From sequence record KY555145.1: a stretch of DNA of 64,000 nucleotides. One strand, written 5' to 3'. Below, piece after piece: positions 8,526 to 16,864 of this stretch. The position numbers were made by a program, and so were the translations under genes. The notes beneath the pieces are model-generated. The model worked only from the letters and a program-made list of their open reading frames with translations. It had not been told where the DNA came from and searched no databases. Positions within the stretch are counted from its first letter, which is position 1; every line of letters begins with the position of its first letter.

Positions 8526-9014
8526 ATGCCCCGCGACGTTTCCCGCTTCGCCACCCCTGAAAAGATCATCGGGGGTTACCTCATGACCGCCCAACGCGAC
8601 GGGGCCATGACTGAGGCCGCCGACGTCATCGCCACCCTAGAGGCGGCCGGCTATGTGATCGCCCGCCGCCGCGACGTCTACACCGACTCCGGGGTCAAGT
8701 TGGGCGACGCCCTGGCGGCGCTTTACGACGCCGTTCCTAACTACGCCGTGCGCTCGCAACGGCTCGCCGACGCCCTGACCCCGGCGCGGGATTACGTCTA
8801 TCAACCCCGGTTCCGGGTTAAGTTGGACGCCGCCCCCGGCGCGCGCCTGACTGACTGCGAAACCGGCGCGTGCGTCTATTTCCAGCCCGGTGACGACGCC
8901 GAAGCCTTCCGCGCCCTCTTCGCCCCCTGGCTTCGCGATAACGACGAGACGGGCGACGGTAAGGCCCTGGCCTCGATGATGAACGCCACGGCCGAAGAAT
9001 ACTTTTCCGGCTAA
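8526..9014 (+). CDS. hypothetical protein, allele 1
   Basis: AAGGAGG RBS; homologous to 11078..11656. Confidence 0.8.
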   Translation: MPRDVSRFATPEKIIGGYLMTAQRDGAMTEAADVIATLEAAGYVIARRRDVYTDSGVKLGDALAALYDAVPNYAVRSQRLADALTPARDYVYQPRFRVKLDAAPGARLTDCETGACVYFQPGDDAEAFRALFAPWLRDNDETGDGKALASMMNATAEEYFSG

Positions 9015-9124
9015 GTCATCATTCCTACCGTCTATGACTTGTCACCGGCCGAACTCTTGCCCGGTGACAGTCTGGGCAAGTAAAGCTCACTCTGGATTTT
9101 ATGACTTAGCGCAAAGGATTGAAA

Positions 9125-9199
9125 TTGCTCGAAAAATTCCTAGAAGCTCACAAAGTCGTTTTCTGGCTGCTCTTGCTGGCCTGTTTGTGGCGCTTTTAA
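9125..9199 (+). CDS. 24-aa membrane peptide (copy 1)
   Basis: AAAGGA RBS plus TTG; MLEKFLEAHKVVFWLLLLACLWRF. Confidence 0.45.
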   Translation: MLEKFLEAHKVVFWLLLLACLWRF

Positions 9200-9227
9200 C
9201 GGTTTGTTAACCCCTGGCCCTCTAGGG
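9196..9227 (+). promoter_or_regulatory. early promoter with CtrA box
   Basis: TTAA-CGGTTTG-TTAA ... CTCTAGGG. Confidence 0.75.
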
Positions 9228-9282
9228 TCGAATTCCCGGCGCGGCAATCCCGCCGCCCCGGCCTTCCTTCGGAGCTTCCAAA

Positions 9283-9729
9283 ATGTTCGCTTCCGTGACC
9301 CTTCCCGCCCATGACGCCCAAGGCCTGAGCCTCGAAACCGTCCACATGGTTTTCGCCCGCGAACTGGCGCAACATTTCGACCACGTGACTTCCGCCCCCG
9401 TGGTCGAAAGCTGGACCGACGAGGAAACCGGCGCCGACCACGCGCAAGCCGCCGTCTGCTTCACCGTTTCGGCGACCCCGGCCGCGTGGGAAGCCAAGGG
9501 CGGGCGGCTCGCGCGCCGGCTGGAAAACCTCGCCGCGCGCTATGCCGCCGACTGCGACGCCCCGGCCCTGACTGTCACCCATTGCGACGGGCAAACGGTC
9601 TATGTCGGCGCTCTGGAAGCCCTGGCGCGCCCCGCTCCGGTGCAAGGCCCGACCCGCGACGCGGACCCGGCTTTCCTCCCCCGCCAGCGTGAGGACAAGG
9701 CCGCCCGCTTCGATCGCCTGACCGCCTAG
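9283..9729 (+). CDS. hypothetical protein (copy 1)
   Basis: GGAG RBS; near-identical to 11925..12371. Confidence 0.8.
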   Translation: MFASVTLPAHDAQGLSLETVHMVFARELAQHFDHVTSAPVVESWTDEETGADHAQAAVCFTVSATPAAWEAKGGRLARRLENLAARYAADCDAPALTVTHCDGQTVYVGALEALARPAPVQGPTRDADPAFLPRQREDKAARFDRLTA

Positions 9730-9746
9730 CCCCTGGCCTTCCCCTA

Positions 9747-9780
9747 GCGCACCGCCCCTAGAAAGGCGGTGCGCTTTTCT
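9747..9780 (+). terminator. intrinsic terminator
   Basis: GCGCACCGCC/GGCGGTGCGC then TTTTCT. Confidence 0.8.
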
Positions 9781-9787
9781 GTGTCTG

Positions 9788-9820
9788 TTTACTTGTTGTT
9801 AAGGAATAGCCTGCTAGTGT
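9788..9820 (+). promoter_or_regulatory. early promoter with CtrA-type box
   Basis: TTTA-CTTGTTG-TTAA ... TGCTAGTG. Confidence 0.65.
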
Positions 9821-9824
9821 CTCC

Positions 9825-10109
9825 TTGACCGCCCGTAAGCCCCTGACCAAGGAACAAAAGGCCCGCCGCCGCGCGACCCGTCGCGCCGCCCGCCTCAACT
9901 GGTCGGATGAGCGCCGCGCCCGCGAATTCGAGCGTCAAGCCCGCTTCTTCCTAATGATCGCCACCCGCGCCCAAGGCGCCGGCCAAGGCCAGGAAGCCGC
10001 CCGCCTCGCCACGGTCGCACAACGCAAGGTGACAAACTGGCGCATGGCGCAGGCCTGCGCCCGGATTAACGCCCTGGCCGTGCATCCTTGGGCGGGGGTC
10101 GCCTCCTAA
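9825..10109 (+). CDS. basic hypothetical protein (copy 2, TTG start at the junction)
   Basis: Homolog of 7280..7564; RBS lost. Confidence 0.6.
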   Translation: MTARKPLTKEQKARRRATRRAARLNWSDERRAREFERQARFFLMIATRAQGAGQGQEAARLATVAQRKVTNWRMAQACARINALAVHPWAGVAS

Positions 10110-10291
10110 TGGCCCGCCGCGTCCGCTACATGCCGTCCGAAGCTCTGGACCTCGCCGACGCGCTCGGCGAGGGGCTGGACCTCGTTAAGGCGATGAGCGA
10201 GGCCCGCCGCGCGGGCGCGCCTATCGCCGACACCCTCGCCGCCCTCGAAGACTGGGCTTTAACCGCCGTCAACCTCATAGAAGAGGACTAA
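10109..10291 (+). CDS. hypothetical protein (copy 2)
   Basis: Identical protein to 7564..7746. Confidence 0.75.
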   Translation: MARRVRYMPSEALDLADALGEGLDLVKAMSEARRAGAPIADTLAALEDWALTAVNLIEED

Positions 10292-10296
10292 ACCCA

Positions 10297-10479
10297 ATGA
10301 CGCACCCTCACGCCCTGGCGCTGATCGCCCTCGCCGAAAAGGTGTTGCCGCTTACCCGGCTGCACCCGCTCGACCAACGCGCCGCCGCCGTCGACCTAAT
10401 CGGCGACCTCTACGCCCTCGCCGACTCCATTGACGCCACCCCGCAAGCCGCCGCCCTGGCGCAACCGAAGGCCGCCTAA
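10297..10479 (+). CDS. hypothetical protein (copy 2)
   Basis: Near-identical to 7752..7934. Confidence 0.75.
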   Translation: MTHPHALALIALAEKVLPLTRLHPLDQRAAAVDLIGDLYALADSIDATPQAAALAQPKAA

Positions 10480-10482
10480 GCC

Positions 10483-11073
10483 ATGAACCCGAACCGCTAC
10501 CGCCTCGCGCCCCGCGACCGCTTCAGCCGCGAGCTTGCCGAAACGCTCTATCAGGCGGCCGAAGCCGTCGCCCGCGTGATTCCGCTAGTGCCGGAGTCCG
10601 TCCCCGATGAGCGCCGCGCGCTGGGCAAGGTCCGCGCCGACCTGCTAACCCATAGCGCCGGCGCCCTTGTTCCCAAGCCGCCGGCCGCCGTGCTCGCAAC
10701 CCTCGTTTGGGTTGTCGAGATGGCGCAAGATCGCGCGACCAACGCCGATTTCAACACCGCCCAAGAGGGACTCGACGAACACGAGTCCCTAGCCTTTGTC
10801 GCCGACTGGCTGGAAGCCGAAGGCCAGGACGTGACGCCGATTCGCAACGCGCAACCGTCCGCCGACGCCCTGGCCGAACTCGCCGCCCGTCGCGACGCCG
10901 AACAAGAGGCGCTAGACGCCTTGGAGGCCGCCGCCCTGGCCGAAGCGCCGGGCGACGTGATCACCGAAGCCTTGCGCCCCTATCTGGGCGCCACCCTGGC
11001 CGAAAACCACGCCGACGACGTGCTAGACGCCCTCACGCGCGCCGGCTTCCAAATCACCCGCAAGGAGGCTTAA
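10483..11073 (+). CDS. hypothetical protein, variable slot allele 2
   Basis: 196 aa in the same slot as 7938..8522 but highly diverged. Confidence 0.75.
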   Translation: MNPNRYRLAPRDRFSRELAETLYQAAEAVARVIPLVPESVPDERRALGKVRADLLTHSAGALVPKPPAAVLATLVWVVEMAQDRATNADFNTAQEGLDEHESLAFVADWLEAEGQDVTPIRNAQPSADALAELAARRDAEQEALDALEAAALAEAPGDVITEALRPYLGATLAENHADDVLDALTRAGFQITRKEA

Positions 11074-11077
11074 GACC

Positions 11078-11656
11078 ATGTCCCGCGCCGTTTCCACCTT
11101 CGCCACCCCTGAAAAGCTCATCGGGGGTTACCTCATGTCGGCGGCCCGTCACGGGGCCATGACCGAAGCCGCCGAAGTCATCGCCACCCTAGAGGCGGCC
11201 GGCTATGTGATCGCCCGCCGCCGCGACGTCTTCACCGATGAGGGCGAGAAGCTGGGCGACCTGTTGGCGGCGCTTTATGACGCCGTCCCGAACTACGCCG
11301 TAAGATCGCAGCGCCTCGCCGACGCCCTCAAGCCGGCGCGAGACTACGTCTATCAGCCCCGGTTCCGGGTCAAGCTGGACGCCGCGCCCGGCGCGCGCCT
11401 GACCGACTGCGACACGGGCGCAACGGTCTATTTCCAGCCGGGCGACGACGCCGACGCCTTCCGGGCCGAATTCGCCCCGTGGGTTCACGACGCCAATGTG
11501 ACGGCCGAAGGCGCGGCCCTGGCCTCGATGATGAACCCGACGGCCGAAGAGTATTTCAGCGCCAGCGGGGAAGATGACGACTTGCCCGGCGCGCTTTCCG
11601 CCTTCGATTCCGCCGGCTCCGGCCAAAGACTGGGCTACGTTCGCCCGCCTCGCTAA
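11078..11656 (+). CDS. hypothetical protein, allele 2
   Basis: Homolog of 8526..9014 with a 30-aa extension. Confidence 0.8.
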   Translation: MSRAVSTFATPEKLIGGYLMSAARHGAMTEAAEVIATLEAAGYVIARRRDVFTDEGEKLGDLLAALYDAVPNYAVRSQRLADALKPARDYVYQPRFRVKLDAAPGARLTDCDTGATVYFQPGDDADAFRAEFAPWVHDANVTAEGAALASMMNPTAEEYFSASGEDDDLPGALSAFDSAGSGQRLGYVRPPR

Positions 11657-11766
11657 GTCATCATTCCTACCGTCTATGACTTGTCACCGGCCGAAGTCTT
11701 ACCCGGTGACAGTCTGGGCAAGTAAAGCTCACTCTGGATTTTATGACTTAGCGCAAAGGATTGAAA

Positions 11767-11841
11767 TTGCTCGAAAAATTCCTAGAAGCTCACAAAGTCG
11801 TTTTCTGGCTGCTCTTGCTGGCCTGTTTGTGGCGCTTTTAA
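11767..11841 (+). CDS. 24-aa membrane peptide (copy 2)
   Basis: Identical to 9125..9199. Confidence 0.45.
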   Translation: MLEKFLEAHKVVFWLLLLACLWRF

Positions 11842-11869
11842 CGGTTTGTTAACCCCTGGCCCTCTAGGG
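11838..11869 (+). promoter_or_regulatory. early promoter with CtrA box (copy 2)
   Basis: TTAA-CGGTTTG-TTAA. Confidence 0.75.
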
Positions 11870-11924
11870 TCGAATTCCCGGCGCGGCAATCCCGCCGCCC
11901 CGGCCTTCCTTCGGAGCTTCCAAA

Positions 11925-12371
11925 ATGTTCGCTTCCGTGACCCTTCCCGCCCATGACGCCCAAGGCCTGAGCCTCGAAACCGTCCACATGGTTTTCGCCC
12001 GCGAACTGGCGCAACATTTCGACCACGTGACTTCCGCCCCCGTGGTCGAAAGCTGGACCGACGAGGAAACCGGCGCCGACCACGCGCAAGCCGCCGTCTG
12101 CTTCACCGTTTCGGCGACCCCGGCCGCGTGGGAAGCCAAGGGCGGCCGGCTCGCGCGCCGGCTGGAAAACCTCGCCGCGCGCTATGCCGCCGACTGCGAC
12201 GCCCCGGCCCTGACTGTCACCCATTGCGACGGGCAAACGGTCTATGTCGGCGCTCTGGAAGCCCTGGCGCGCCCCGCCCCGGTGCAAGGCCCGACCCGCG
12301 CGGCGGACCCGGCTTTCCTCCCCCGCCAGCGCGAGGACAAGGCCGCCCGCTTCGATCGCCTGACCGCCTAG
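11925..12371 (+). CDS. hypothetical protein (copy 2)
   Basis: Near-identical to 9283..9729. Confidence 0.8.
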   Translation: MFASVTLPAHDAQGLSLETVHMVFARELAQHFDHVTSAPVVESWTDEETGADHAQAAVCFTVSATPAAWEAKGGRLARRLENLAARYAADCDAPALTVTHCDGQTVYVGALEALARPAPVQGPTRAADPAFLPRQREDKAARFDRLTA

Positions 12372-12389
12372 CCCCTGGCCTTCCCCCTA

Positions 12390-12423
12390 GCGCACCGCCC
12401 CTAGAAAGGCGGTGCGCTTTTCT
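12390..12423 (+). terminator. intrinsic terminator (copy 2)
   Basis: Same stem as 9747. Confidence 0.8.
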
Positions 12424-12430
12424 GTGTCTG

Positions 12431-12463
12431 TTTACTTGTTGTTAAGGAATAGCCTGCTAGTGT
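12431..12463 (+). promoter_or_regulatory. early promoter with CtrA-type box
   Basis: TTTA-CTTGTTG-TTAA ... TGCTAGTG. Confidence 0.65.
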
Positions 12464-12514
12464 CTCCTTGTCGGCGGACGCATCCCGCGCCCGCCCCTCT
12501 CTGGATCGCTCCCC

Positions 12515-12907
12515 ATGGCCCGCCCCTCTGACCTGCTCAACGTCAACGCCGCCCGCGTCCTGGCTTGCCTTGAGCCTATCGCCGCCGCCGCTAAGACGGC
12601 CCCGGCCGCCGACCGCGCCGCCCTTTCCTACCTGCTCGACGCTGGCGAGTATGTCGCCGCGTGGCGCCGCAACCTCACGGAAACCGACCGCCGCAAGGCC
12701 TATGGCGCGGCCTGCGCCGCCGAAGCCCTGGCGCTCGCCAACGCCTATCAGCCCGCCACCCTGCAAGGCGGCGCCGTCCGCCGCGCTCTGGGCGCCTATG
12801 CCGCCGCCCTAAAGGTCCTGCTAGACGGGGAGCCGGTCAAGGCGGTGCGCGCCGCCGAAGGCGCGGCGCTTTCGGTCCGCGCCCGCTACGCCAACACCCG
12901 CCTTTAA
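12515..12907 (+). CDS. Ala-rich hypothetical protein
   Basis: 130 aa, typical codon bias. Confidence 0.75.
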   Translation: MARPSDLLNVNAARVLACLEPIAAAAKTAPAADRAALSYLLDAGEYVAAWRRNLTETDRRKAYGAACAAEALALANAYQPATLQGGAVRRALGAYAAALKVLLDGEPVKAVRAAEGAALSVRARYANTRL

Positions 12908-12935
12908 CCTCTTGTTAACACCCCCCGGCTATGGT
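12904..12935 (+). promoter_or_regulatory. early promoter with CtrA box
   Basis: TTAA-CCTCTTG-TTAA ... GGCTATGG. Confidence 0.7.
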
Positions 12936-12961
12936 CGGGGGGTCGCAAGGAGACACCCGAC

Positions 12962-13156
12962 ATGACCCGCCCCGGCCCCGCCTCGCTCTTGACCCCGCAA
13001 GCCCGCTTCTCGTCGTCGCGCGTCCTGATCCTTCCGGGCGCGGCGCCTATGCCGATTCGCCAGCCGCGCGGCCTTAGCGCCGTCGAGTGCGTCGCCCTTG
13101 GCGTGACGCTGGGCGCGGCGCTCTACCTCGCCGCCCGCGTGTTCGGTCTGGTCTGA
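12962..13156 (+). CDS. small membrane protein
   Basis: AAGGAG RBS; C-terminal hydrophobic helix. Confidence 0.7.
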   Translation: MTRPGPASLLTPQARFSSSRVLILPGAAPMPIRQPRGLSAVECVALGVTLGAALYLAARVFGLV

Positions 13157-13499
13157 CCAGACCCCCGCCCCGGCCCTACCGGTAGGGCCGGGGGTGTGTC
13201 CCATAATGAGACACCCCCCGCCACCTAGTATCTTTTTTGATTCGGAGGGACCCAAAGGCCCCCTACGTTAACCATTTTTCGCGGCGCCCCCCGGCGCCTA
13301 CGGATCATTTTGAAAAATCGCGTTGACAAAACCAGCAATCAACGTCAAGGATCGTGACGTCGAGCAGCCCCGCCCGACACGGGCGGCCCGCCCCCCATTC
13401 GCCGCCCGACGGCCCCATCTCCGACGTCCACCGGGGGTGGGGCCTTTTCATTTTCCAGCCGGGGGACCCAAGGCCCCCTGGCTTTGTAAATCGGACCGC

Positions 13500-13571
13500 C
13501 AAAAGGTCCCTCCAAAAATTTTCAAAACCAGAAACGACAGGTTGACACTTCCAGACTTGGCTTCTAAGTGT
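13500..13571 (+). promoter_or_regulatory. sigma70-type promoter with A-tract UP element
   Basis: TTGACA 13542, 17 bp, TAAGTG. Confidence 0.7.
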
Positions 13572-13602
13572 TGCGCGACGACACGCAATCGAGGAGCCCG
13601 TC

Positions 13603-14349
13603 ATGACCGACGACATCGCCGCCGCCACCCCGCTGACCAAGTTCCAGCCCTACGACTGGCGCGGCTATATCGAGTTCCCCGCCACGCTCGATCTGGCCAA
13701 GCTGGTCCAGGCCGTCTACGCCCGCTCGGTCCCCAAGGGCCTGGGCTTCCTCCACTTCGCCCCCGGCGATCTGGACGAGGGCCGCGTCACCACCGCCATC
13801 TATGACGCCCAGGAGCGCTTCACCGAGGCCGAAGCCCAGTCGGCGCTCGATTTCAACGGCGAACCCCGCGACAGCCGTCACCGCTTCTTCGACTTCGACT
13901 ATGTCGACGGCCGGGCGGTGAAGTTCAACCTCTACCGCGACCTCAACGATCGCCGCTTCTACAGCGAACTCGACTGGTATGACCATTCCGAGTACGACGT
14001 CTTCGATCTGGTCGCCACCCTGCGCGACCTGTCCGATGCCGACACCAAGGCCTATCTTGACGCGGTCGCCGCCGCCAAGGCCCAGAAAAAGGCCGACGAG
14101 TTCGCCGCGACCGAAGCGCGCGCCCTCCTCCTGGTCCGCGCCCTGAAAAACGTCATGGGCGGCTCGGAGACCATCCCCCGCGAGGAGTTCTATCGCCGCT
14201 ATGGCGGCAAGCCGAGCGTCATGTACGCCGCCGACGCCCAGGATCGCCCCTATTTCGACTACGCGTTCAACCGCGACCACACCATTGTCACCGTCCGGCC
14301 GGACGAGGGCGGCGAGACCCTCTACGCCCGCGACGCCGTCCCGGCCTGA
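13603..14349 (+). CDS. hypothetical protein
   Basis: GAGGAG RBS, 248 aa. Confidence 0.85.
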   Translation: MTDDIAAATPLTKFQPYDWRGYIEFPATLDLAKLVQAVYARSVPKGLGFLHFAPGDLDEGRVTTAIYDAQERFTEAEAQSALDFNGEPRDSRHRFFDFDYVDGRAVKFNLYRDLNDRRFYSELDWYDHSEYDVFDLVATLRDLSDADTKAYLDAVAAAKAQKKADEFAATEARALLLVRALKNVMGGSETIPREEFYRRYGGKPSVMYAADAQDRPYFDYAFNRDHTIVTVRPDEGGETLYARDAVPA

Positions 14350-14353
14350 TCCC

Positions 14354-14581
14354 ATGAGCGACGAACGCGGCCCCGGCCACACCAAGTTCTACGCCTCCGA
14401 GGACGGCAAGCACGTCATGCGCTGCCTGAACAACGACCCGGCCTGGGTCAGTCCGGTCGTCCATGACGAGGCCCCGTTGCCGGCCTGGAAGATCGCCTCG
14501 ATGTTGCAGGACGCCTATAATCTCGGCCGGCGCGAGCAGCAGGAGATCATCCGCCGCGCCATTGGAGCCTCTTCGAAATGA
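14354..14581 (+). CDS. hypothetical protein
   Basis: 75 aa, coupled. Confidence 0.7.
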   Translation: MSDERGPGHTKFYASEDGKHVMRCLNNDPAWVSPVVHDEAPLPAWKIASMLQDAYNLGRREQQEIIRRAIGASSK

Positions 14582-15252
14582 CCGACCTGACCCTTGGCGA
14601 GCGCTATGCGCGGGAGGCCCTGGCGGTCGCCCTGTTCAGTCTGCGGAGCATGCCCGCGACGATTGGCGGCGCCTCGACCGCGTTCTGGCACGAGATCACA
14701 CCCCAGCAGCGCGGAAGCTGGCGCGAGCAGGCCGATCGCCTCGTCGCCGAGCAGGGCGGCGACGCCACGGCCGTCACCAAGGACCAGAAGCGCAAGCTGG
14801 AGCGCTGGGAAGGCGAACTGCTCGCCCTGGCCAGCGGCCTGGACCCGGACGGCTATCACGACGCCAAGGACCACCGCGCCGACAAGGACATCGCCTCCTA
14901 CTATCAGGAGATGCAGCCCTACGACTACAAGCTCTCCAACGAGGTGCTGCTGAACGCCCACTCGCACGCCGACGCCCTGGGCCTGGACCTCCCGGCCTTT
15001 CCGACCGACTACTTCTCGCCCCAAGCGGTCGAGTCGGTCAGCCGGCGCGTCCTGACCGACTGGGAGGCCTGCGTCATGGCCGTGTCGCAGAAAGACATCC
15101 CGCGCCGCTACGAGAACTACAAGTTCTCCGTCCCCTTCGCCTTCCGCTTCACCGAAGAGACCCTGGCCCTCTTCAACGCCGTCATTCCCCTGGGAACCGA
15201 CCGCGACGTCCCCAACCGCACGCCGGCCGACAACAAGAGGTACCCCGCCTGA
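14578..15252 (+). CDS. hypothetical protein
   Basis: 224 aa, ATGA overlap. Confidence 0.8.
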   Translation: MTDLTLGERYAREALAVALFSLRSMPATIGGASTAFWHEITPQQRGSWREQADRLVAEQGGDATAVTKDQKRKLERWEGELLALASGLDPDGYHDAKDHRADKDIASYYQEMQPYDYKLSNEVLLNAHSHADALGLDLPAFPTDYFSPQAVESVSRRVLTDWEACVMAVSQKDIPRRYENYKFSVPFAFRFTEETLALFNAVIPLGTDRDVPNRTPADNKRYPA

Positions 15253-15524
15253 TGCGCCGTCTCGCCATCCTGACCCTCGCCGCGATCACCCTGACCGCCT
15301 GCGCCGAGCAGACCAAGGTGGACGATCAGGTCTACGCCACGCTGGAGAACGGCTGCGTCGTCCACAAGATCGTCCGCCAGGAGAAGGGCAGCATGTTCGT
15401 CGAGGAGGTCTTCACCACCGTCTGCCCCAACGGGGCGACCCGGACGGAGTGGGAGATCACCAAGATGGTCGGCAAGACGGTGACCGTCGAACGACACGCC
15501 ACCGAAACCCCGGCGGTGCGCTAA
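15252..15524 (+). CDS. predicted lipoprotein
   Basis: MRRLAILTLAAITLTA-C: signal peptide with lipobox. Confidence 0.7.
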   Translation: MRRLAILTLAAITLTACAEQTKVDDQVYATLENGCVVHKIVRQEKGSMFVEEVFTTVCPNGATRTEWEITKMVGKTVTVERHATETPAVR

Positions 15525-16060
15525 TGACCGCCGCCCTGACCCTCGCCCGCCGCTTCACCCCCACCGATCTGGCCGGGGCGATGAAAATGGTCGCCCCTTA
15601 CGGCATCCTGGCCGATCCCCGCGCCGCCAGCCTCGCCGCCTCCATGGGGATGGCCTCGGGCGACGCCCGGCACGAAGACACCATCCTGGGCCTCAAGGTC
15701 CTGCTGTTCAAGAACGTCCCGGTCTGGACCGAGGCGGCGCTGACCCTGGCGCCCGAGCCGCCGCTGGGCGAGGTCCTGCGCTTTCTGATCCTCGGCCGCG
15801 CGGCCCACACCAAATTCATCGCCCGCCGGGCCGAGGCCTGGGGCTGGCGCGAGCAGTACGACCCGATGTTCGCCACGCCCGAGAACTACTGCGCCCTGCG
15901 CGACCAGTTCCAAGCCGACTTCCCCGAGCGCCACTTTGGCGGGACCCACGGACTGAACAAGCAGGGCCTCGCCGATCTCCTGGCCCGTGACGATGTCTTG
16001 GATGTCCAGTTCCACGTCCCCGCCGCCCCGGCCGACGCCATCGAAGACTTCAACCCGTAG
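15524..16060 (+). CDS. hypothetical protein
   Basis: 178 aa, TAATG coupling. Confidence 0.75.
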   Translation: MTAALTLARRFTPTDLAGAMKMVAPYGILADPRAASLAASMGMASGDARHEDTILGLKVLLFKNVPVWTEAALTLAPEPPLGEVLRFLILGRAAHTKFIARRAEAWGWREQYDPMFATPENYCALRDQFQADFPERHFGGTHGLNKQGLADLLARDDVLDVQFHVPAAPADAIEDFNP

Positions 16061-16067
16061 GCGTATC

Positions 16068-16439
16068 ATGAGCGTCAACTACTATATCGAGCGCGCCGTC
16101 CGGGCGCCGGAGAAGGGCTTCGCCAGGGTCCGCCACATCGGGCAGTGGGCCGACGGCCGCTTCCTCTTCCAGGGCGCGACCTTCCGGACCACGCGGGCGT
16201 GGCGTGACCATCTCCGAACCCTGACGGACGACGAGCGCATCGCCAGCGAGAACGGCGTGGTCATGACCCCGAACGAGTTCTGGACCATGGTCGGCCAGAC
16301 CCTGGCCAACGACACCACGCTCGACTACGCTCTGAACGTCGCCCAGGGCTTTGAGCAATACAGCCTCGCGCGCGGCTTCCTGGAGGGACGCTACTGGATG
16401 GACGGCCCCTTCGCCTTCACCAGCAACGAATTCCATTGA
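16068..16439 (+). CDS. hypothetical protein
   Basis: 123 aa. Confidence 0.7.
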   Translation: MSVNYYIERAVRAPEKGFARVRHIGQWADGRFLFQGATFRTTRAWRDHLRTLTDDERIASENGVVMTPNEFWTMVGQTLANDTTLDYALNVAQGFEQYSLARGFLEGRYWMDGPFAFTSNEFH

Positions 16440-16864
16440 TGCCCGGATTTTTCGCCCGCCTGCTTTACCGGATCGCCGGCGTCGCCCCGATTAACACGCC
16501 CAGGACCGCCGCCCTGGTCGCGGCGGTCTGGTGGACGACCCGGATGAACATCGACGCCGCCGTCGACCCTGGCACGAGCGATGCCGAAAAGCTCCAACTG
16601 GCCGACGCCTTCCAGGACGAGCTTTGCCGGCTGATCGACGGGCGCCTGGGGCGGATCGGTAAGCGTTCCGAGGGGCTGGCGATCGACTTCGACTACACGC
16701 CCGACCCGTTGCTGGCCGAGGCCCTGCGCAAGGCCGGCGTCTCGCGCAGCGTCTGGAGCGATCTGTGGCTCAACAAGACCCGCATGGTCGTCCAGTCCCA
16801 CCAGATCAGCGTCAAGCCCGGACTGGCGGGCCAGCGCTACACCATCCCCATCGGAGAGGCCTGA
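16436..16864 (+). CDS. hypothetical protein
   Basis: Coupled, typical codon bias. Confidence 0.75.
   Translation: MMPGFFARLLYRIAGVAPINTPRTAALVAAVWWTTRMNIDAAVDPGTSDAEKLQLADAFQDELCRLIDGRLGRIGKRSEGLAIDFDYTPDPLLAEALRKAGVSRSVWSDLWLNKTRMVVQSHQISVKPGLAGQRYTIPIGEA

Larger units (their letters stand above)
7281..12470 (+). repeat. tandem duplication of a ~2.6 kb unit with partly diverged copies
   Basis: Unit 1 7281-9825, unit 2 9826-12470; flanks near-identical, central genes diverged. Confidence 0.9.

Noticed and set aside
9034-9210. 58-aa ORF MTCHRP...LLTVC
   Set aside because: No RBS and it starts within a palindrome; the 24-aa ORF in another frame has a better RBS.
13323-13805. 160-aa ORF starting at TTGACA
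   Set aside because: Runs over promoter and repeat DNA and overlaps the well-supported 13603 gene out of frame.
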